The notes under the pieces: generated by a model
The model's input: the letters and a program-made list of their open reading frames with translations, nothing else
Told to the model about the DNA's origin: nothing
Databases searched by the model: none
NCBI GenBank assembly: GCA_017626395.1
Contig: JAGAIU010000075.1
Coordinates: 42,349 to 106,348, forward strand
Reading direction: 5' to 3'
Length of the DNA: 64,000 nt
DNA from: Clostridia bacterium
GTDB taxonomy: Bacteria; Bacillota; Clostridia; TANB77; CAG-465
In this document: one piece after another, positions 52,236-62,503 of the stretch
How positions within the stretch are numbered: the stretch's first letter is position 1
Layout: the number at the start of each line of letters is the position of its first letter
Position numbers and translations under genes: made by a program

Positions 52236-52814
52236 ATGAAAATAAAATTAAATAGTTTTTTATGTGAAATTGAAAATTTATTAATTATCGTATTGATTTC
52301 TTTTTTCTTTTCTGATAAAATCAAATTGTTTTTGACGTCGTATTTTGTATGTTATTTATTTATAATTTTTCATGAATTATCACATATAATTTTTGCGAGT
52401 CTTTTTGGAAAGAAAATTAAAAAGATTAAACTATCACTTGCAGGCGTATGCGTAATATTTAATAATAATGATGATTTAGAATTAGTAAAGAAGTTAGTAA
52501 TATATATAGCTGGACCATTTTCAAATATATGTCTAGCAATTGCTTTTTATAATATAGATTTTATCTTTGAAATAAATATATTTTTAGCAATATTAAATCT
52601 AGTACCAGTATATCCTTTAGATGGATATAATATTTTAAAATGTTTACTAGATTTATTTCATATTAATGTTTTAAAGAATGTAGAATATACATTCTTATCT
52701 TTACTTTTTTTCATATCTATTTATATTCTATTTTATAGTTATAATCCGTCATTATTTATATTTTTTATTTACATTATGTTAATAAAATACGTTACAAAAA
52801 ATCAAGTGAAATAG
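52236..52814 (+). CDS. spoIVFB: Site-2 protease family (M50) membrane metalloprotease, SpoIVFB-like
   Basis: HExxH motif HELSHIIFA and the LDG motif (NLVPVYPLDGYNIL). Polytopic membrane protein of 192 aa. Confidence 0.7.
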   Translation: MKIKLNSFLCEIENLLIIVLISFFFSDKIKLFLTSYFVCYLFIIFHELSHIIFASLFGKKIKKIKLSLAGVCVIFNNNDDLELVKKLVIYIAGPFSNICLAIAFYNIDFIFEINIFLAILNLVPVYPLDGYNILKCLLDLFHINVLKNVEYTFLSLLFFISIYILFYSYNPSLFIFFIYIMLIKYVTKNQVK

Positions 52815-52952
52815 CGAAAATAGAAGGATTTTGCAATATTTTAAAAAAATTACAATAAGGTTGCATAAATATTACAAAATTTCTTCAAAATGCTTGATTT
52901 TTTTAGCAAAAGATAGTATCATATAGATAGCTCAAATTTGGAGGTGTGAGAT

Positions 52953-54221
52953 GTGGCTATAGGTGATATCATCGTTGGGCTAGATATTGGTGTATCCAAG
53001 GTAAGTTGTGTAATTGGACAAGTCAATAAATTTAGCGAGATTGAAGTCATTGGGTATGGCCTCTCAAACAACTCAGGAATAAAAAGAGGACAAATACTAG
53101 ATTATGAAAGAGTGGGCCAGTCAATAAGAGACGCAGTAAATTCAGCTGAACAAATTTCTGAGCTTTCAGTAAATTCTGCCTATGTAAATATTAAAGGCAT
53201 GAATGTTAGAATAGAGAAGGTTGTTATGGAATCTGAGGTCGAAAGACCAAATGATGGTATGACAGTAAATGATATTTATAATTTGTATACAAAAATTCAA
53301 ATTTCTACTAGATTAGAAAGAGATGAACAAATTATTGATATTTTACCATCTGCATATGTTGTCAATGGACGATTATATAAAGAAGAACCTATAGGAGCCT
53401 TTTGTAAAACATTTCAAATGGAAGTTGAAGTGGTAATTGCAAAAGGTGATTATATTGTTGGGGTTCAAAAAGCATTAAAATATGCTGGATTAAAAATAGA
53501 TGGTTTAATTTTAGAGACTTTAGCTACATCAAATATAATATTAATGCCTGAAGAAAAACAAAATGGGGTATTAATGATTGATATAGGTGGAGGACATACA
53601 GATATATCATTGTACAAAAGGGATAGATTGGAATTCTATACAACACTTCCTGTTGGGGGAAATCATATAACTAATGATATAGCACTGACATTTGATATAA
53701 ATACTGAAGAAGCTGAGAAATTAAAAAGGCAATATAATTTAGCTTTAGTTTCTATGATAACTAATAATCATGAAATTAAACTAACTTCTAAAGCTGCTGG
53801 AACAAATGACGTAGTAAAATGTAGTGAAATTGTACAAGTAATAGAAGCAAGAATTAAAGAAATATATCAATTAACAAGAAGAATGCTTCAAGAAAAAGGG
53901 ATGATTACGGCCATTAATACTGTAGTTTTAACTGGTCAAGGAATAAGTAATATAGTTGGCGCTGAAGAGTTAGCCACACGTACTCTAAAAATTAATCAAG
54001 TAAGAGTATGCAGTCCAAAATTAATTAACGTTATTAAGCCACAACATACTACTGTGTATGGAATGGTAAGATATATATCTGGTTTAGGATTAAGTAAACA
54101 CGTAAATAGTGATGTACAAATAGTTACTGAGCCAAGCTTTAAAGATAAAATATTTGAAGGTATAGAAAACTTCAAAGAAAAATTCTTTTCAAGTAAAAAG
54201 AAAAAAAAGAAGAAGTTTTAA
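52953..54221 (+). CDS. ftsA: Cell division protein FtsA
   Basis: IVGLDIGVSKVSCVIGQ is the actin-like N-terminus. GTG start. The C-terminus is a lysine-rich tail (KKKKKKKF). Confidence 0.9.
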   Translation: MAIGDIIVGLDIGVSKVSCVIGQVNKFSEIEVIGYGLSNNSGIKRGQILDYERVGQSIRDAVNSAEQISELSVNSAYVNIKGMNVRIEKVVMESEVERPNDGMTVNDIYNLYTKIQISTRLERDEQIIDILPSAYVVNGRLYKEEPIGAFCKTFQMEVEVVIAKGDYIVGVQKALKYAGLKIDGLILETLATSNIILMPEEKQNGVLMIDIGGGHTDISLYKRDRLEFYTTLPVGGNHITNDIALTFDINTEEAEKLKRQYNLALVSMITNNHEIKLTSKAAGTNDVVKCSEIVQVIEARIKEIYQLTRRMLQEKGMITAINTVVLTGQGISNIVGAEELATRTLKINQVRVCSPKLINVIKPQHTTVYGMVRYISGLGLSKHVNSDVQIVTEPSFKDKIFEGIENFKEKFFSSKKKKKKKF

Positions 54222-54247
54222 TTATAGATTTTAAGGGGGAATAAATA

Positions 54248-55456
54248 ATGGAAAACGAAAACAAAACAGGGATGGCTACAATTAAGGTTGTTGGAGTCGG
54301 AGGAGCTGGTAACAACGGTGTTAACAGAATGGTTGAAAACGGATTAAAAAGTGTTGAATTTATTTCTGTAAATACTGATAGACAGCAATTAAACGTATCA
54401 AAAGCAAATAAAAAAATTCAAATAGGTGAAAAATTAACAAGAGGTCTTGGTGCTGGAGCTAACCCAGAAGTTGGTAAATGCAGTGCTGAAGAATCTAAAA
54501 GTGAAATAGCAGAAGCACTAAAAGGTGCAGATATGGTATTCGTTACTGCTGGTATGGGAGGCGGAACCGGTACAGGTGCTGCTCCAATAGTTGCGGAAGT
54601 TTCTAAAGAAATGGGAATATTAACAGTAGGTGTTGTAACAAAACCTTTCCCATTTGAAGGAAAAAGAAGAATGATGCAAGCAGAAGCTGGTATCGAAGAA
54701 TTAAGACACAATGTAGATACATTAATAATTATACCTAATGAAAAATTACTACAAGTTGTTGAAAAACAAACTTCAATAATGGATGCTTTCAAAATGTCAG
54801 ATGATGTTTTAAGACAAGGTGTACAAGGTATATCTGACTTAATTACTATAACTGGTCTTGTAAACTTAGACTTTGCTGACGTTAAAACAATAATGTTAGA
54901 TGCTGGTGTTGCTCACATTGGTATTGGTAGAGCTTCAGGAGAACACAGAGCTCAAGAAGCTGCTAGACAAGCAATACATAGCCCATTACTTGAAACTTCA
55001 ATCGAAGGTGCAGGCGGTGTGTTACTTAACGTTACTGGTGGTAAAGATTTATGCTTACTAGAAATTAGTGAAGCAGCAGATTTAGTTCAAAAATCAGTTG
55101 ATGCAGATGCAAATATCATATTTGGTGCTGTAATAGATGAAAAACTTGAAAATGAAATTGTAATAACTGTAATTGCTACAGGATTTACTAAAAATTCATT
55201 CCAAACTTTAGAACTAGATAATATTGTTGGAGAAGCTTTGAAAAATGCTACTGTATCTCAAAATACACAACCAACATCAACTAGTTTTTCAGATTTAGGT
55301 TCTTTATCTGGATTGTCATCACAATCATCTTCATTATCTGGAATAGGTGCTACTTCTAGTACAATAAGTTCAACTAGAACAAGCATTGGATCAAATAATG
55401 AATATAAGATAGTGGATTTAGATATACCACCATTCTTAAGAAGAAATAAAGATTAA
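54248..55456 (+). CDS. ftsZ: Cell division GTPase FtsZ
   Basis: Tubulin signature [10 protein letters not shown], and a conserved C-terminal peptide (DIPPFLRR). Confidence 0.95.
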   Translation: MENENKTGMATIKVVGVGGAGNNGVNRMVENGLKSVEFISVNTDRQQLNVSKANKKIQIGEKLTRGLGAGANPEVGKCSAEESKSEIAEALKGADMVFVTAGMGGGTGTGAAPIVAEVSKEMGILTVGVVTKPFPFEGKRRMMQAEAGIEELRHNVDTLIIIPNEKLLQVVEKQTSIMDAFKMSDDVLRQGVQGISDLITITGLVNLDFADVKTIMLDAGVAHIGIGRASGEHRAQEAARQAIHSPLLETSIEGAGGVLLNVTGGKDLCLLEISEAADLVQKSVDADANIIFGAVIDEKLENEIVITVIATGFTKNSFQTLELDNIVGEALKNATVSQNTQPTSTSFSDLGSLSGLSSQSSSLSGIGATSSTISSTRTSIGSNNEYKIVDLDIPPFLRRNKD

Positions 55457-55630
55457 TAGTAACCCCATTATTAAAAATCTATAAATATAATAATTAAAGC
55501 TAGAATTATATAAAAATTCTAGCTTTTTTGTTTTAATATAGCTAAATTAATAGAAAATATTTTTAATTATCATTGTAAATTATGACAAAGTTTGAATGTT
55601 AAATTAAATATAATTAGTCTAGGTGATTAA

Positions 55631-56437
55631 ATGCAAATCTACCTAGACTATATTTTTTTAGAAAATTTAATAGTAAATACAGTAATAATTATAGAAACAA
55701 TTATATTTACAAAGAGCGATATTTCAATAAAAAGAAAAGTGTTTATCATACTTTTAGATACAATTCTATCGTGTTTTTTAGCAATTAATACTAATCTAAA
55801 TACCTATATACTTCATTTATTTTTTTCTACTATAACACTTTTCATACTTTTTAAATCTCCTAATATTTATGAATTACTTAAAAAAATGGCCTGTTATTAT
55901 ATGCTTTACTTTTTATATATGGGATTAATAATTTCGTTTTGTATTATTTTTAATATAAATTTAGAGGTTTTTATAAATAAAATAATATTATATGTTTTTT
56001 CTGCTTTAGTTTTTCATTTTATTTGTAAAGACTTGTGGAAAATGTGGAAGATTAATATAACTCAGAAAAATTTATATTATACATTAAAATTTAAAAAAAT
56101 AGAAATTAAAGCTTTTGTAGATACGGGAAATAGTATAAAAGATCCAATTACTTCTTTAGATGTTATATTTATTAACGAACAATTAAAATATTCTATATTA
56201 AATGAAATTAAAGAATATAAAAAAATAAATATAGATGTTTTAACTATAAACGGAAAAGATACTAAAGAAGGATATATAGTAAAAGATGTTATAGTATATA
56301 AAGAAAAAAGAGAGATTGCTAAAATAAGTAATATAATTTTATCTTTTTCATTAAATAATAGTAGTACTCCAGAAAAATATAGTGCAATAATTGGGTATGA
56401 TACATACTTAGATAAATTAGAGGGGGTAATATTATGA
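55631..56437 (+). CDS. spoIIGA: Sigma-E processing peptidase SpoIIGA
   Basis: Polytopic N-terminal half plus a C-terminal aspartic protease motif FVDTGNS. It overlaps sigE by 4 nt. Confidence 0.85.
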   Translation: MQIYLDYIFLENLIVNTVIIIETIIFTKSDISIKRKVFIILLDTILSCFLAINTNLNTYILHLFFSTITLFILFKSPNIYELLKKMACYYMLYFLYMGLIISFCIIFNINLEVFINKIILYVFSALVFHFICKDLWKMWKINITQKNLYYTLKFKKIEIKAFVDTGNSIKDPITSLDVIFINEQLKYSILNEIKEYKKINIDVLTINGKDTKEGYIVKDVIVYKEKREIAKISNIILSFSLNNSSTPEKYSAIIGYDTYLDKLEGVIL

Positions 56438-57141
56438 TAAAAGAAGAAATTAGATTGATGTATTTAAAAGTGTTAAGATGGTTAGGTTTAGGAGAATCTT
56501 TTGTATACTATATAGCAGGTAATGATAAACTTCCAGCACCACTATCCGAACAAGAAGAATATGAACTTTTAAAAAGATTAATGAATAAGGATAAAGAAGC
56601 TAAAGATATTTTAGTAGAGAAAAATCTAAGATTAGTTGTATATATTGCTAAAAAATTTGAAACATCAGGTATTAATATAGAAGACTTAATTTCTATAGGC
56701 ACTATAGGTCTTATGAAAGCAATTAATAGTTATAATTTAGATAAAAATATTAAACTTGCCACATATGCTTCAAGATGTATAGAAAATGAGATTTTAATGT
56801 ATTTAAGAAAGAATAATAAGATTAAAACAGAAATTTCTATAGACGAACCAATTAATGTAGATAGTGAAGGTAATGATTTATCTTTAGCAGATATTTTAGG
56901 AACAGATAACGATGCAATTTTTAAAAGTATAGAAGATGAAGAAAATAAAAAAATATTAAAAAATGCAATTCAAAATTTAAACAAAAGAGAAAAAACTATA
57001 ATGCAACTTAGATATGGGTTTGATGGTAAAGAAGAACTAACTCAAAAAGAAGTAGCAGATAAACTAGGGATTTCTCAATCATATATATCAAGACTGGAGA
57101 AAAAAGTTATAAATAATTTAAGAGAAGATTTTACTGCATAG
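56434..57141 (+). CDS. sigE: Sporulation sigma factor sigma-E (pro-sigma-E)
   Basis: N-terminal pro-sequence followed by sigma-70 regions 2-4 (YIAKKF...GLMKAI; C-terminal HTH QKEVADKLGISQSYISRLEK). Confidence 0.9.
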   Translation: MIKEEIRLMYLKVLRWLGLGESFVYYIAGNDKLPAPLSEQEEYELLKRLMNKDKEAKDILVEKNLRLVVYIAKKFETSGINIEDLISIGTIGLMKAINSYNLDKNIKLATYASRCIENEILMYLRKNNKIKTEISIDEPINVDSEGNDLSLADILGTDNDAIFKSIEDEENKKILKNAIQNLNKREKTIMQLRYGFDGKEELTQKEVADKLGISQSYISRLEKKVINNLREDFTA

Positions 57142-57196
57142 TTTGTTGATAATTTATTTATTCTGTGCTATTCTAATACCAAAGGATGTGAATAGC

Positions 57197-57751
57197 ATGT
57201 ATGTATTAATTTTAATAACTATAATCTTAATAATAACTACAATTTGCATATATAACACTATGCTTTCAAAAAAGAATAAATTATTAAAATCATATGCAAG
57301 TTTAGATGTTATGCTAAAGAAAAGATATGATTTGGTTCCTAATGTGGTAAATACAGTAAAAGCATATGCTAAATATGAACAAGAGACTTTAGAAAAAATT
57401 ATTAGCATAAGAAGTAGAGCAAATGAGTGTAAAGATTCAAAAGATTTAGAAGAAGTATCACAAAATTATAATATGTTTATGGACGATGTAAGTTTTCTTG
57501 CTGAACAATATCCAGATTTAAAAGCTAATACTAATTTCTTACATTTGCAAAAATTATTAAATGAATTAGAAGAGCAAATATCTGCTGCAAGAAGAACATA
57601 TAATGCTCATGTTGAGAAATTTAATACATATATTAGCTACATTCCATTAAATATCTTTGCAAGTATATTTAAATTCAAGCCTTATGATTTCTTTGAAATT
57701 AATTCGCATGAAAGAGAAACTAAAATTTGGTTTAACGAGGATGAAAAATAA
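57197..57751 (+). CDS. lemA: LemA family protein
   Basis: N-terminal transmembrane helix and the LemA core (RRTYNAHVEKFNTYISYIPLNIFASIFKFKPYDFF). Track ORF 57143 starts earlier. Confidence 0.75.
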   Translation: MYVLILITIILIITTICIYNTMLSKKNKLLKSYASLDVMLKKRYDLVPNVVNTVKAYAKYEQETLEKIISIRSRANECKDSKDLEEVSQNYNMFMDDVSFLAEQYPDLKANTNFLHLQKLLNELEEQISAARRTYNAHVEKFNTYISYIPLNIFASIFKFKPYDFFEINSHERETKIWFNEDEK

Positions 57752-57753
57752 AT

Positions 57754-58812
57754 ATGAATAAAGAATGGGAAAATGAGTTTAATATATTTTATGAAGAATA
57801 TACAGGTAAAATAAATGAGTATTATGAAGAGATAAATAAAAAGAAAAATAAAACAATAGTGGCTGCTTCCATGATAATTATTGCTTTAATAATAGTGTTT
57901 TTACTAGGGACATATGAAATAAATAATATAATACCTAATGGCTATATACTTCAAATAATAGGGGGAATATTAATTATAGTTGTATCATGTGGAGCTGTTG
58001 TTCTTAAAATAAAGCAAGAATTGTCTAGTAAAAGTATAGATATCATTCATAATATAATAAAGAATATTTCTAAAGATGATAACTGCTTTTTTAATCCTAA
58101 AAATAGAATTAATAATAAAAACATCGAAGAAATGGGATTATTTAATCTAAACAACCTAAAGTATAATGGAAGAAATGCTATTGCAGCAAATTATAATGGG
58201 AATATGATGAATTTTGCTGATATGGAACTATTTTATTTTAAAGATAAAGTAAGAGAAGAAGTATATTATGATAGTCAGGGTATAAAACATATTAAAACAA
58301 TTAAGAGCAAAATAAAAAAAGAATTTTTTAGTGGATGCTATATTAGTGCTACTTTAAATAAAAAAATAGCGGATCATATATATCTTATACCAAATAATTT
58401 GAAAGAAATAGTAATAAATGGAACTATTAATGAATATATTAAATATCCCGGTGAAAAATTAGAATTAGAGAATTTAGAATTTTCTGAGAAATATAGGGTA
58501 TATAGTAAAGATGAAATACAAGCTAGATATATTTTATCTTTAAAATTAATGGAACAAATAAATCAAATAGATGATATATTACCTGGTAAAAAATATATAG
58601 TTTTTAAAGAAGGTAGAAGATTTGCTATTTGTATACAAGATTTTAAAATTGAAGATTTGAAAAAAACAACTTTACCATTAAATAAAAATTCAGAAAAATT
58701 AAAATCAAATATAAGATACATATATAAAAATATTTATAAATTATTTGAAATATATAATATTTTAGATTTAGGAAATGATTTATATGTAAATAATTATGTT
58801 GACAAAAAATAA
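57754..58812 (+). CDS. Hypothetical membrane protein, possibly DUF3137-like
   Basis: 352 aa with two transmembrane helices. It lies 2 nt after lemA. The DUF3137 assignment rests on that gene order and on size, and is weak. Confidence 0.35.
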   Translation: MNKEWENEFNIFYEEYTGKINEYYEEINKKKNKTIVAASMIIIALIIVFLLGTYEINNIIPNGYILQIIGGILIIVVSCGAVVLKIKQELSSKSIDIIHNIIKNISKDDNCFFNPKNRINNKNIEEMGLFNLNNLKYNGRNAIAANYNGNMMNFADMELFYFKDKVREEVYYDSQGIKHIKTIKSKIKKEFFSGCYISATLNKKIADHIYLIPNNLKEIVINGTINEYIKYPGEKLELENLEFSEKYRVYSKDEIQARYILSLKLMEQINQIDDILPGKKYIVFKEGRRFAICIQDFKIEDLKKTTLPLNKNSEKLKSNIRYIYKNIYKLFEIYNILDLGNDLYVNNYVDKK

Positions 58813-58827
58813 AAATTAATATATAAT
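58799..58827 (+). promoter_or_regulatory. Perfect sigma-A consensus promoter TTGACA-17-TATAAT for the cysS leader
   Basis: The plus strand reads TTGACAaaaaataaaaattaataTATAAT. Confidence 0.6.
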
Positions 58828-58856
58828 ATATGCATATTTGAAGGGAGAGATTTAGT

Positions 58857-58898
58857 ATGAAAAAATATAATATTGTTAACTGTTGTTGTATGAGATAA
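58857..58898 (+). CDS. Candidate 13-aa Cys-codon leader peptide MKKYNIVNCCCMR
   Basis: RBS AAGGGAGAG lies 8 nt upstream of the ATG. Three consecutive TGT codons at 58881-58889 are followed by ATG AGA TAA. Confidence 0.5.
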   Translation: MKKYNIVNCCCMR

Positions 58899-58988
58899 CA
58901 CTCTTATCTATGTGAGTAGGTATGAGTGATTAATTTCATGCCTACGTTAGCAATATATATTTGAATCATATTATTTAGAATATATAAA

Positions 58989-59019
58989 AACTATGTAGGC
59001 ATACTACATAGTTTTTTTG
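58989..59019 (+). terminator. Leader intrinsic terminator (attenuator) upstream of cysS
   Basis: AACTATGTAGgcataCTACATAGTT followed by TTTTTTT, 20 nt before the cysS RBS. The 5-prime arm (GTAGGCAT) can alternatively pair with ATGCCTAC at 58938-58945. Confidence 0.6.
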
Positions 59020-59039
59020 TATTTAAGGGAGGAATAAAA

Positions 59040-60512
59040 ATGAAAATATACAATTCAATGACAGGTAAAAAAGAAGAATTTAAACCTTTAGAAGAAGGAA
59101 AGGTTAAAATGTATGCTTGTGGTATTACAGTTTATGATTTAAGTCATATTGGTCATGCAAGACAAGCAATAGTTTATGCTATGATAGCAGATTATTTAAG
59201 ATATAGAGGATACGATGTAAAATATGTAAGAAATTATACAGATGTTGATGATAAAATAATTAATAGAGCTAACTTGCTAGGAAAAAATGCAATAGAATTT
59301 TCAAAAGAACAAATAGAAGAAACAGAAAAAGATATGACTGCATTACATATACATGATGCAGATGTTAAAACAAAAGCTTCTGAATATATAGATAAAATAA
59401 TACAATTTATTGAAAAACTAATTGAAAAAGGAATTGCATATTCAACAGAAAAAGGAGATGTATATTATTCTGTTAGAAAATTTAAAGAATATGGAAAACT
59501 ATCTAAAAGAAAAATAGATGAATTATTAAACGGTGTTAGAAAAGATGTAGAAGAGGGAAAAAATGACCCTTTAGATTTTGCACTATGGAAAGCAGTTAAG
59601 CCAGGAGAGATATATTGGGATTCGCCTTGGGGAAATGGAAGACCTGGATGGCATATAGAATGTTCTGTAATGGCTTTAGATAATCTAGGTGAAACTGTAG
59701 ACATTCATGGTGGTGGTAAAGATTTAGTATTCCCACATCATGAAAATGAAATAGCACAAAGTGAAGCTTTGACAGGAAAAGAATTTGCTAAATATTGGTC
59801 ACATTGTGGGTTAATTAAAATTAATGGAGAAAAAATGAGTAAATCTTTAGGAAACTCTTTAACAATTAGAGAAGCTCTAAAAAAATATAATTATGAAGTA
59901 ATAAAATATGTTATGTTTTTAAAACATTATACATCAGATATTGATTTATTAGATAGTGATTATGCACTTGCTGAAAGACATCTATACTATTTCTATAATA
60001 CTATAAATAAAATAAATGAAATAATAAAAGAAAATGAAGTGGAAAATGTGAATAACTATTTATCAGATGATATTTCTGACGAAATAAAGAATAAATTTAT
60101 AGAAGCAATGGATGATGATTTTAATACTACAGTCGCATTATCTGAACTTTATTCTATATTTAAATATTTAAATAATATAATAAAAGCAATGAATAGAGGA
60201 AATAAAGAGCAAACAATAAATACTTTAAATAGAATATTAACTAATTTAAAAGAAGTTTATAGTATATTAGGGTTATTTGAACAAAACCCAATTGAATTTA
60301 TATTTGGACTAAAAAATAAATATATTAGTCAATTGAATATAACAGAAGAAGAAATAGAAAGCAAAATAAATAAAAGACTAGATGCTAAGAAAAATAAAGA
60401 TTTTGATATAGCAGATAAAATAAGAGATGAATTAAATGAAAAAGGTATCATATTAAATGATACAAAAGAAGGAACTACATGGGATTTAAAAGGATTATAT
60501 ACAATAGAATAG
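59040..60512 (+). CDS. cysS: Cysteine--tRNA ligase
   Basis: HIGH motif (LSHIGHARQ) and KMSKS (KMSKSLGN) are present. Length 490 aa. A terminator follows at 60516-60542. Confidence 0.95.
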   Translation: MKIYNSMTGKKEEFKPLEEGKVKMYACGITVYDLSHIGHARQAIVYAMIADYLRYRGYDVKYVRNYTDVDDKIINRANLLGKNAIEFSKEQIEETEKDMTALHIHDADVKTKASEYIDKIIQFIEKLIEKGIAYSTEKGDVYYSVRKFKEYGKLSKRKIDELLNGVRKDVEEGKNDPLDFALWKAVKPGEIYWDSPWGNGRPGWHIECSVMALDNLGETVDIHGGGKDLVFPHHENEIAQSEALTGKEFAKYWSHCGLIKINGEKMSKSLGNSLTIREALKKYNYEVIKYVMFLKHYTSDIDLLDSDYALAERHLYYFYNTINKINEIIKENEVENVNNYLSDDISDEIKNKFIEAMDDDFNTTVALSELYSIFKYLNNIIKAMNRGNKEQTINTLNRILTNLKEVYSILGLFEQNPIEFIFGLKNKYISQLNITEEEIESKINKRLDAKKNKDFDIADKIRDELNEKGIILNDTKEGTTWDLKGLYTIE

Positions 60513-60705
60513 TAAAAAGAGTGCTTAGCACTCTTTTTTTGTCTATGTAACTCGAAATTATCATTAAATAATAAACCATTCATATAAGTATAATAGGAAA
60601 TTCCGTCAAAATTGAGTGTGTTTGACTAAAAAGCACAAGAATAGTCGAAAGGGAATATCTTAAAACTCATATGTAAAAAATATTAACGATGAAGGAGAGG
60701 TACAT

Positions 60706-61500
60706 ATGATGAATGGAACAAATGTAAAAGTAGAGATACAAGGATTAGATACATCTAAACTTCCTAAATTGTCTCAAAAAGAACAAATGGAAATGTTAAA
60801 GAAGATAAAGGATGGGCAAACACAATATAAAGAAGAATTTATTAATGCAAATTTAAGATTAGTTTTAAGCTTAGTAAAGAAATTTAATAATAGAGGTGAA
60901 AATATTAACGATATTTTCCAAGTAGGAGTAATAGGCCTTATTAAAGCAATTGATAATTTTGATATTACTCAAGAGGTACAGTTTTCAACTTATGCTGTTC
61001 CAATGATAATAGGTGAGATAAAAAGATATTTAAGAGATAATAGTGCTTTTAGAGTAACTAGATCGTTAAGAGATTTATCTTATCTAATATCACAAGAAAG
61101 AGAAAAATTTATTGCTAAAAATAATGAAGAACCTACAATAGATGATTTAGAAAAAATAACTGGAGCACCAAGAGAGCAAATTATACTCGCTATAGATAGT
61201 ACTGTTGCACCAATGTCTATATATGATACTGTATATAATGATGGTGGAGATCAAATATATTTACTAGATCAACTAAAAAATGAAAAGGAAGATTCTGAAG
61301 ATTTAATAAATAAAATATCTATAGAACAAATACTAGATAATTTAAATGAAAAAGAAAGATATATAATTGAAAAAAGATATTTTAAAGATAAAACTCAAAT
61401 AGAGCTAGCAGAAGAATTAGGAGTATCGCAAGCACAAGTTTCAAGAATTGAAAAAGCAGCATTACTTAGGATTAGAAATAAAATAGGGAAAGAAATATAA
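60706..61500 (+). CDS. sigG: Sporulation sigma factor sigma-G (SigF/SigG family)
   Basis: Sigma-70 regions 2-4 are present (LVKKFNNRGENINDIFQVGVIGLIKAIDNFD; C-terminal HTH QIELAEELGVSQAQVSRIEK). Confidence 0.85.
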   Translation: MMNGTNVKVEIQGLDTSKLPKLSQKEQMEMLKKIKDGQTQYKEEFINANLRLVLSLVKKFNNRGENINDIFQVGVIGLIKAIDNFDITQEVQFSTYAVPMIIGEIKRYLRDNSAFRVTRSLRDLSYLISQEREKFIAKNNEEPTIDDLEKITGAPREQIILAIDSTVAPMSIYDTVYNDGGDQIYLLDQLKNEKEDSEDLINKISIEQILDNLNEKERYIIEKRYFKDKTQIELAEELGVSQAQVSRIEKAALLRIRNKIGKEI

Positions 61501-61552
61501 TGTTGTATTTTTAATTTCTATGTGATAGAATACCATTGATTAGGAGGTTGTT

Positions 61553-61768
61553 ATGGCAGAAATTAAGTATGAGATAGTTAAATCGCTAGGAGTTTTATCA
61601 GAAAGTGCTAATGGATGGAAAAGAGAATTAAATCTAATTAGTTGGAATGGCAGGGCACCTAAATATGATATTAGAGATTGGGATCCAGAACATGAAAAGA
61701 TGAGTAAAGGTATTACTTTATCTCAAGAAGAAATGGAAATTTTAGTAGATTTAATGAAAAACAATTAG
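61553..61768 (+). CDS. ydbC: YdbC family protein (PC4-like single-stranded DNA-binding fold)
   Basis: MAEIKYEIVKSLGVLSESANGWKRELNLISWNGRAPKYDIRDWDPEHEKMSKGITL closely matches the YdbC family. Confidence 0.7.
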   Translation: MAEIKYEIVKSLGVLSESANGWKRELNLISWNGRAPKYDIRDWDPEHEKMSKGITLSQEEMEILVDLMKNN

Positions 61769-61799
61769 AACTGGTATAATATACCAGTTCTTTTATATA

Positions 61800-62369
61800 C
61801 TAAAATAAATCAAGAATCATAAAGAATAAATTTATAAAAATAATTAGTAGTAAATACATAAAAGGGAGTAATATAATTATATAAACTATTTTCTTTACTT
61901 TATCTGAAAGTTTCTTTGAGTAAATCATCCACACTAATAAACTAAATAAAGCTGTACAAAAAATACCTTCAGCAATGAAATAAGTAATATTATCTGGAGT
62001 ATCAGAAAAATAAATTGCTTCAGTTATACAGGCTTGTACAATTAAAGGTATTTCGATAATAATAAATATTATGAAAGTAATTAGTGTTATAATCTTTTTA
62101 ATGTTGGGATTAATTTTTTTTATTTTATGTATAAGCACTATAAGAGGATATATCAAAAAAAGTACTATCAAAAGAAAACTACTTAAAATACCAGCAAAAT
62201 TATTACGCTTTATAATTCCTACTGAGGCATTGTTATAGTACTGTGGATTATCACCAAAAGTTTTCTCCATATCTAATGCTTTTATAATTCCATTAAAGTT
62301 TGGGGAAAAAACAAATATTAATAATAAAACTATTGAAAAAATTAATGCATGTTTAAAAAATTTTTTCAT
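61800..62369 (-). CDS. Hypothetical polytopic membrane protein
   Basis: About 190 aa with 5-6 transmembrane helices. Track ORF 61800..62381. Confidence 0.45.
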   Translation of the reverse strand: MKKFFKHALIFSIVLLLIFVFSPNFNGIIKALDMEKTFGDNPQYYNNASVGIIKRNNFAGILSSFLLIVLFLIYPLIVLIHKIKKINPNIKKIITLITFIIFIIIEIPLIVQACITEAIYFSDTPDNITYFIAEGIFCTALFSLLVWMIYSKKLSDKVKKIVYIIILLPFMYLLLIIFINLFFMILDLF

Positions 62370-62503
62370 ATATATCACCAAAAAAAGTATATATTAAATA
62401 ACCCAAAAAGTAAATAATTATTAAATATAAATGTTAAAATAATTAATAATAGGTATATTATAATTACTAATATAATACCTATATAAATAGTAGGAGGTAT
62501 TAA

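Noticed and set aside
58835-59040. T-box riboswitch upstream of cysS
   Set aside because: No conserved T-box sequence (AGGGUGGNACCGCG-like) or Stem I specifier architecture. The leader mini-ORF plus alternative hairpins fits peptide-mediated attenuation better.
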